Positions 55,170 to 64,000 of a stretch of 64,000 bases of DNA are shown piece by piece. The first letter of the stretch is position 1. Each line of letters opens with the position of its first letter. Source of the DNA: Catajapyx aquilonaris. Its lineage: Eukaryota. Position numbers and translations under genes: made by a program. The stretch spans positions 1-64,000 of the forward strand of contig KZ538554.1 of assembly GCA_000934665.2 (NCBI GenBank), in the 5' to 3' direction. Below the pieces are notes generated by a model. It searched no databases. It saw only the letters and a program-made list of their open reading frames with translations, and had not been told where the DNA came from.

Positions 55170-55892
55170 CTGCAGCAGAGCAGAGGAGGAAGGTTGGGTC
55201 ATCATCCGTGATGCAACTCACGCTCTGGAAAACCCGTTCTTCCCCCAGGTCTCCCGAACCAAAAGCCAGCCAGCATCATGAGAGTCTTAAGGTCCACCGG
55301 CACCTCACCTATTCGGTGGTTGGGGGGCCCAACATAGCAGAAGGCCAACTCTCTCCGCGCCTACTTCATCCAGAGTAATGGGTGTTTAGCAGGCGTGGCT
55401 GTCTTCACGCCGTAATCAGCCGGACGTTACCCCCTAACCCTCTGAGGCCAACTTGCATCCAATACACTCTGGTAGTTGTTGTTATTTTCACGTCACACCA
55501 CACGGAGAAATTCCACGGACGTTCCATAAACTGGCAACTCTGTAATCAACGTCCAATCAAACCTCATTATGCTGCGCCCAGTCAAGCTGCGCGCGCATCG
55601 TAACCGTTGCCAAATATCAGCCACCAGCGCCATTCTCTCAACATGGTAAATGCAGCCTAAGGGCTAGTCGTATCAGCAGAAATGAAAGGAAAATCTCTGA
55701 TTACGTACAGGAATGCACAATATATTATAATGGTTGATTCACGGGCTCTCTCTGACGATCGGGGCGTCCCGTGATTCATGAGTGAGAGATAAAGCTAATA
55801 TTCACTTAGCAGCGGGGCGGCTGCGCATGAGCCCCGAATCCTCATGCCCACTCCGCCCTGTCATCTTCATCTCCCGCCCGCTGACAGCTCAC

Positions 55893-56027
55893 CTGGTCTC
55901 CCTTGTAGTTGCAAGGGGCAGCGCCCCGCCAGACCCACCGTGGCTTCGGGACTCGCCGCCAGGACCCCCTGACGTCATGCGCGAAATCCAGGGGACCGAC
56001 TTCCTGCGCATGACTCATCCATGACAT
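55893..56027 (-). CDS. Probable first coding exon, MSWMSHAQEVGPLDF...CNYKGDQ
   Basis: GC-rich block ending in the strong donor CAG|gtgagc. The ATG at 56027 gives 45 codons and phase 0, compatible with 55091-55169. An in-frame TGA lies just upstream, and a possible acceptor (ctcttcag) ends at 56038. Confidence 0.45.
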
Positions 56028-59000
56028 GAGAGTCTCGCTGAAGAGATGCCATTTTCAGGATTGTGGAATGCTGGCTGGGTCTCTCTCTCTGGCTGTTTCG
56101 AGTGTGGGCGGGCGTGATGGCCCAGGGGGCTCTGGGATCACGATTTCTGGCTCCTCCCTCCTCCTCCTTCCTTCCAACGTCTGCTCCCCCAACCCGTTCA
56201 GGTACGAGACCACCTATTGTAACCCGTGCCTAATTGACTCGTGTTGCTGGCTGCGAGCAGGGGTCGTACAGGCCAACACCGAACGCTTTTCAGGCCCAAC
56301 ACTTGCCGACCTCCCATTTTCTCCCTCATTCTTACCAAACAGGGAAGTTGAGGAGAGTATGAATATCCTAGTCCTAATTAAACTCCAAACTGCTTTCGTG
56401 AGACACTGACCACGTTGTTTTAATTTGTGCCTCTGCTGATGGCTTCGGGACCATGAACTTCATTAAACTGCTGGGAGCTAGCTCTCCGAGTGCCCTAAGC
56501 ACTGACTGGCAATTAGGATCCTTGGGTCGATCCGGCAAAATTGCCAATTAGTCCTCAGCTTTCAACCTGAGCCGGGTTATCGCAGTTTTAAACCCCCGCG
56601 TGTTGAGAGAAAAGGAAAACTGTGCCTATTTGTGCCGGCAAAATGCGAGCTGGGGTTGTGGGTACCGGAATCTATCAACACCAACATGATATGAGTGCCG
56701 TTTTACAGATTGGGTGAACACCATTTCACCAAATGAATCCAAGTCCGCGGTCATCCTGTGAGGTAGGCCGTGTGATTTATGAACCCACATGTTCGCAGAT
56801 AAGCAAGGCGTGCGTGAAGGAGAGGATATACAGGTGTCCCCCTTCCCCCTCTCCACCTTCCCCTTGTAACTGTTCATCCTACTCTCCACCTCGAAAGGAA
56901 TGCAATGATGGATATGCCTGAGTGTTACTCCCTACCACCTTTGCCAGGTGATGATATCATGGTGAAAATAGTACCTCTGAGAGGTAAAAAGTGTGTAGGC
57001 CGTTTTACCACCAGATAAAGCTGTCAAGTTAATTTTGCGTCTGCATGAGTTTGACTCGGGCTAATTATTGGAACGGGAAAGAAATATTGGGTCTAAATCG
57101 CTTGGTGCCAAAAACAGCGTGCGACTCCCACACAAATATTTCAGCCAAATATAGCTAGACCTTTGTTTAAAAAATGGGGGCAGTTAAAACGACAGGACTT
57201 GGTACAGTATGCCACATTTCCCCCCTGCAGGTCTACACATGTGTCATCAACACTCATCACTTATAAAAGTGGTTCGAAATAATCGAAACTGGTCGTGCAT
57301 TCTCAACGTGTGTGGCCGGCAGGTACGACATGAACGGACCAATCTGACAGAATATGTCATGCAAACTTTACACGTCCGGGAAGTACATTTCCTGTTTGCA
57401 CTGACAATTAGTGTTTTACCGCATGTTCCCAGAAGCTACAGTATAAACATGCTAGTACACTGGGACATGACAGACAAGACAAATTGCAGACTCTCACGAG
57501 CTAAATAGCAGTGCATATATTTGCAAAAGACAATGCACTGGGTTACTCATGCGATCATACTTCCGGTGTACTTATCAATGGATAATCCGTATTAGGCCTA
57601 AATATTTTCAAAATATTAGTATTTCACAACTGTATATATTTTAACTGATAGGGAAGGGAATAACTGCGTACTTCCATTTCTTAAAAATCATTAATCACTA
57701 TGAAATGTTTGATTACACTATGAAGTAACATATCCCGTGCATTTTCCATACTATTGTTTATAATGTGTCATTTTAATTATGTACATACCACGCCCATAAA
57801 AGTAAAACTAAAGTCGCTGGTGGCCCACCCTATTTTTAAGCCCGAGCCAGACTGTTCATTATAAATGCGGCTGTCTGCCTTGACATACAAATGTACAAAA
57901 CGTGTAATTCTCGCAGCTTTACTAAATCTCATCATTTGCAATCCCCAAAGCGCAGGAAGATTTACAAAAGAGAGCCGTGCAAGAGGAGAAATTACGAGCC
58001 ATATTTTTGTGTTGTAAAAACCCCCTCGGACGAATAATTCGACTCAGCATTGTAATATGACAAGGATGGCGCCAAGTAGAGACCGCCACGTGGCGAAGAG
58101 CTCAGTTTTTGCAGCTAAATTATGTAGTGCGTAGGAAAAGAGGGGGGGAGGGGGGGTTCATTCCGAGCTCTCATTTGCAACGCAAAAAAATCTTCTAAAA
58201 GTGCGCAATCCTGCCCTAGGGATGGGAAACCTGGGTGTAATATTTCGCGCTTTTATTTTGTGTCACTGGTCGGAAGAATCCGGCGGATAGGGTGGAAGAG
58301 AGGGCATTCCAAATTCAAGGGCTGTTGTCTCACGATCAGGATCCTCTCCCTCCACCCTCCACCCTCCCTACCTCCATTCCAAAACTCATCTCTTCCCCCC
58401 CAAAACACCCAGCTATATGGTATTATATCGCACGAACGGGTAAGGAAAAAGTCGGGGTCGGAACAAGAGTGATGGAGATGACGATTTTCTACTTCAGTGG
58501 TGAAGAAAATTGAAGTTAATCGGATTAAGCGAGTAATTAGCCTACTGATAAAGAGCGTGGTCGGAAACAAAAGGAAGGGACTGGATGTTACTCCGTCGGA
58601 TCTGTCCTACCGTACAGCTCCTTGTTGATTGCAAATTCATATCAAGACCTTATTGTGGAAGGTTCATTACACAGGTTCAGAACCTACGCGTAGGGTAGGC
58701 TACTGTAAATTTTGTAGCACTGGCAGAGATTTGCTATGGAAACTGCTTGACAAATACAAAAATTATGCCCCCCGAAAGGTATGATCTGTACAAGATTGTA
58801 CACAATTCTATGAGATATATAGATACAAATACTGTAATAACCAAGGAGAGCAAATGTCAGAAGGGGATGTAGCTATTATATTAGTTCTACTATCGGCTTT
58901 TGCTGCGTCTCTCTCATTGGGATAAAAACGGTTAGACACGTTTTGATTTATATCCGGCTACATATTCATGCTAAAATTAATCGATAATTTTGATACCACT

Positions 59001-60616
59001 GTTACGTAAATCATGAGTGCCTTCGCTTTAATTCTCTTGGCAACAATACCGCGAAAGTAATGGTTTCTATAGTCGGCCATCGATCCTCACGTTATTTTCC
59101 GCATGAATAGGCACTATACCATAGCACACTGGCAATGTCACTTATTTGTCACGAAGCAGAGCTGGAGTATAGGAATGGACTTCAGCTCAGGCAGGATGCA
59201 CGTTCCAGAACCTCACATCTGTCAAACCTGAACTAAAATTTAATCTACAAAGGTCCGTGTGAAATTACAGGTTGTGTTTCTTTTACTGCAGTAAACAGTG
59301 GTAGCAGGGATTAAATGTCAATGTACTCAACTAGATCTAATTACAAGCCATGTATTGCTTTCACAAAACAATATCAAGAGATATTCTATAGTCCTATTCG
59401 TAAGTGCTGAGCATCGCAAAATAATAATGAAATTAAATATTAAGTGTAAAAGAATCGAGTGTAGAATGTAATTGTCGATTAGCTATTCGATTATGCGTGA
59501 GAAACACAATAATTAAAAATAAATGAACTTATAGTTTTATGTTTAAAGTACGTTATTAGGCGAGTGACAAGCGAATTATGAGATTTCTATGAAAATAACT
59601 AAGGTACATAGTTTCACAGTTCCTCAAGCAGAGCTGCAGTAGACTGATTTTCGTGCCAACGCTGCTGTGACATCAAGGGCCTTTATTTACAGTCGTCCAA
59701 TGTTTGCCTTTCCGTGCAATGAATGCTCGTTGATCTTGAAGATTTTCCGAGAGTCTGCCTTGCCAATATTTCTAAAGGCAAGGCGCTTTATTGTCAGATC
59801 TCGGAAGGCAGGCGGCTCCGATTGGCCAGCATGGCAAGAGTCACAAAGAGTCTGCCAAAATAGAGGCGTCCTTTTCAAACTAGACTGTACACTGTACAGG
59901 ATTGCCAGCGCTTCATACACTGTATAGACGGAATCTTCACAGGTTCGAGTAACAATGAATTAAAACCTTGACGTCAAGTTACTAGTCACAAAAGTTACAA
60001 ATGTCAATACAGTTAATTTAGATTGTGAATATTGATGAATTTTTATCTTATGTCAGTCACACACAAATATGATCTATGGACGATATTCATATAATTTCTG
60101 AGTTCATAAGACTTGTAAGATAGCAGAATACATGGAGGTCCATTACTATGTTTTTCATGTTTGTGAGTCCTACTGGTCACGTACGAATGGCACTGTAACA
60201 GACTATGCATCACTTGGTTATCGTGGGCTAAATCCATATACTGCATATACATCCGATGCTGAAAAACTGGGTCAGTGCCCGTTATAATTACCCAGCTAGC
60301 TGACGGCTGAAGGTCATAATAACTCTTCTTGTTACGTTTTACCCACTATTCAAGACCTCGTATTATGTAACTGAATTGTAAAAAGCACTGGAACCTTGCT
60401 AGTAGGAAAATCTTATTTCAAACTTTCAGTAAAAGGTAACTTGGATTATCTCATAAACGCTGCGATTACAAGTACAGCCTATACTTCTTGGCGAAGGGAA
60501 TATTCTATAATTTTAATGGAACTGTTACCAGTATTATCTTTTCCAAAAGGGAAACGCATTTTTTCCTACCTGGCTTCTCATTTGTGTAAATGCCAGTTTC
60601 AAAGTTGTACAGTAAC

Positions 60617-60693
60617 TGAAGGGCTTCATGGAAGAAGGTGGTAACTAGATGGGAATTCCATCTAGTTACCCCCTTCTTCCATGGAGCCCTTCA
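60617..60693. repeat. Near-perfect 77-bp hairpin (36-bp arms, 2 mismatches, 5-nt loop)
   Basis: TGAAGGGCTTCATGGAAGAAGGTGGTAACTAGATGG-GAATT-CCATCTAGTTACCCCCTTCTTCCATGGAGCCCTTCA. Confidence 0.92.
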
Positions 60694-63600
60694 ATTGTTC
60701 TTTTTTTTCAAGTTTCAAATGGCCACAGAAGGCGCTAGGATAGTTCTATATGATTTTTTGGTTATTTTTTGGCAATGGTAGCAGGCACCCAAGCTGTTCA
60801 GCAGGTGAAAGACACATGGCATGCTTATTCAAATAGGCCTGAAAAAATCGTCACAGTCACCCATACCAACACGAAACGGATGCTTAATGTCCACTAAACA
60901 ATCTGGCATACAGTTTCGCGTCCTATTATAGAAGTTAATGTTGTCGTCCAGAAGTTCAAATGGCTGCATTACCATTAAGAAAATATTAGGTTCTTTACTA
61001 AGAAAATTTAGAGCGCACGAAAACCCGCTGCATTATCTATTCGACATTTGGAGCAGCAAGTTTAATCGCCAGGTATAATAGAACTGGCTCTGAAAGATTT
61101 GAAATGAAATGAAGCGTAACATTTTGACACCGAACGAAGATTTACACTAATGTAAGTTTCTAAAAGTGGTATTTTTTTCTCATCAAGTGAATTACCGCGA
61201 GTTCGGTTTGCGGCTCTCCCCTGGAATAAAAGTTGATAATGAGTCGGCAGGGAATTTTAAAGATCAAATTGATTGCGAGGAATAGGCAATTTGGAACTTG
61301 CATTGCGAGGACTCGCTGAAGTAATCACTTCTCAGTCATAATAGAATCATTTCGAGTTGATGGCGACCAGGAAAGGGCCAGTGATTTTTCATTCCAACAG
61401 CAGCCAGTAGCTCCAATTGTCATACTAAACTTCTTTTACATCACCACGCTCCATATTTCATTGTTCACTCAAAGTATGCTGTACTTAGGATGAAATCAGG
61501 CTGATAAGAAATCCATTTGGTAACGCAAGATTGCCTGACATTTCTATACTTATTTAATTATATATAAGTTGGTCACGATTTGTGAATCACGAGGTGGATA
61601 ATATTATACGTGCTTGACCACATGAAATGGGGCAGGAGGCCTATTCCCATCGGGCCAGCAGTCTCGTAAAGCACGAGTCGGGATAACTCTTGTTCCCACA
61701 ATGCTAATGTCTTCATCGGAGCCTCAATAATTTGAACTGCATTTTTACCAGGAGACGTGACGACCATCGACTTTTCTTGCCACTCTTGCCCTTCTCTTAT
61801 ATACCTCGGCTACTCAACTCCGCGGCTTTCCTTTGTGCTTTTCACCTTCCACATCCAAAGCTGCCATTATTCACAGCTTTTTGGAAATGGTGGAGGACCG
61901 GCGGAGCCTAATTACAAGGAGGAAATTACTGCGGAGGAAAGGAAGAGACATGGTGGAAGAGGAGGAGGTGGTGGGGAAGGTGTTATAGAAAAGGGGCGGG
62001 GAAGAAGTTTCCTGGTGAAAAAGCCCACGTGGAATCAAAGAGGTTGAACGGATGGTTGGAATGTATTCAGATGCCGGTGAAAGTAAAGACTCTATTAGGT
62101 AAAGAAATCCGTCTTTTTTCTACCCAGGCTTTTTGCAGGAATGACGTGAAAGAGTTCAAAAGAGAATCGTCGGGCCTAGGTAGGGAAGTCGCATAAGGAC
62201 ATCATGCGCATAAACGCAAAGCCAAGCTCTCTAATTTTCCAGATTGCCTCTGGAGTACACTCTATTATCTTTTGCTAGAACATGAAAGTGCGCATGGAGT
62301 TGCACGCTTAATTAGCTTCGATCTGGTTGGAATTGGCTCGTTTTGGAGTTGGTGCAGTCCTATTCTAAGCGTATTGCGAGAATGCGATAAGGCACGGCAC
62401 CATTCTTTACTGCAGGCTGCCTGTATTTACGTATATATAGGGCAGCATGGATTTAGCGTCGAACATTGTGCGCTCTACGTTATCAGAATGCTGTAATTTA
62501 TAGACAAAAAATTCCGGCATGCACTCCCTCTATACTTTGTAGCATGCAACCAGGGCATGGAATAACCAAGCAGGCATTCCAAACATCTGACGTGGAAAAA
62601 ATGCGCAAAATTTTTCCTAATCATGAAGCTTCCTTCCTAGTTGGATACTGTCTTGATCTTCGAAATGAGCGGATGAACTCACATGACTCGCTCATGCGAC
62701 TATAGAAACTAAGTAAAAAAAGAAAAAGCATCCCCGAGATGAAATTCGCAAACTTGTGCAACAACCACGATTACCATTTACTAACTTTTCCCCTCCTTTC
62801 CATTGGCGAAGAAGCGAGTCGGAGTTACGTTAATCGAGATGAAGTAGCTCATATCAGAGGGTGGATAGGCTGTCCTAACGATGTCGCGGATAACCCATTT
62901 CCCGGAGCCCAAAAGTTAAGATGGCGGAAGAGAGTTGAGGCGGAGGAGGAATTGTCAGGGGCAGGCACAAGACGACGTCTTTCGCCTTATTCCTTTAGGC
63001 CTCATTTCTCATCATCACTTTGCCTCCATCCCCAGAACACATTTGCCACGTCCCTTTTCATTTGTTTTCCCCTCCTCCCTGCGCGCCCTCTGCCATTTTG
63101 GAGACATTTGGAAGCCATTCATCACGCCAGGTGGCTCTCGGGACAGCAGCATGGCCGACCTCCCGGATGTGTGTTAACAAGCTGCTTCACACCCATCTTG
63201 GGGGCCCGACTTGTGCACAGATACAAATGAGTTGTGTGTAGCTGGTGGGCCGACAGAAGAAGGCCTTTTGCTTGCTCTCCAGAGGAAATAGCGGCACCAG
63301 TGTAGCCAGATGTTGTTTCATCCGGAGATTGCAGGCGAAGCACGGCATTATTAGAACCGAGCTAACAATGCACCTCGTTAGTGTCACCATCAAAGTAAAA
63401 TGTCACTGGGATCATCCCTGCACGGCCGCTATTATGGCCTTATCGACTTGAACGGGCTTGAACCGATGACTCCCTTTGAAACCCAGTAACAAACACGGTG
63501 ATGGCGTTTGGGACTCCCCACCTCTGGACCGACTGACTGCCCATCCCCAATCTCCAAAGAAGCCTGAAAATTTCAAAGTCACTTATCGGACGGCCATCTC

Positions 63601-64000
63601 CGGGCCCTGATGCTCCGTTGCAGACGTCCCGTTGCTTTATCGCCAGCATTTATTGGTCATGATCGCAGTTCAAAGTGGCTGGCGGCCCTTCGTTAGGAAC
63701 CTTCTGCCATGTCGACCCCACCTCCCTCCCTCGTGCCTATATGCTGTATATATAGAGAGGTCTACATATCCCCTGGCAGCCTTTCGATTTTCAATTTGAT
63801 CCGCATGGTCAGTGCTTTTGATCGGCCCGCAGTAAGATCAACAGTTTCAGACCAGCTCAGCTCCCCAATGGCGCCCCGGCACCATCTTGCTGGACTTTGC
63901 CAGCCTTGCGACTGCGGGCGCGAACGACCGCTTTTGATACTCTCTGGCAAAAAATTAAGAGGTACTTAAACCCCCCAGAAACGTCGCATAGGATAGTCGT

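Noticed and set aside
55222..55281. Donor-like AGC|gtgagt with upstream ATG (MMLAGFWFG...)
   Set aside because: Joined to 55169 it hits a stop and needs a 52-nt intron. A direct splice to the TM exon fits phase but has no other support.

Overview
Eukaryotic (animal) genomic DNA, most likely a non-insect arthropod or similar invertebrate; this is inferred from the intron sizes, tRNA-derived SINEs and TA-flanked MITEs, and the species cannot be identified. Almost all ORFs in the supplied track are spurious. The main feature is one large spliced minus-strand gene that can be rebuilt by hand. Three exons are well supported and phase-compatible: 33424-33526 (transmembrane helix), a 23-nt micro-exon at 26188-26210, and the terminal exon 20722-21701. 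Two more exons are likely (55893-56027 and 55091-55169), giving a 439-aa model. The product is a single-pass membrane protein with a short ectodomain, no clear signal peptide and juxtamembrane cysteines. Its long disordered tail carries 11 tyrosines, a YEN Grb2-type site, an exact RPLPPLP SH3 ligand and a C-terminal SEYV. This architecture resembles LAT/PAG-type transmembrane adaptors; I do not recognise the gene. A second minus-strand gene probably starts near 3.1-3.3 kb and runs off the left edge. The rest is intronic or intergenic DNA with two intact SINEs, a solo LTR, several MITEs, two near-perfect palindromes, a three-unit hairpin array and three small assembly gaps.
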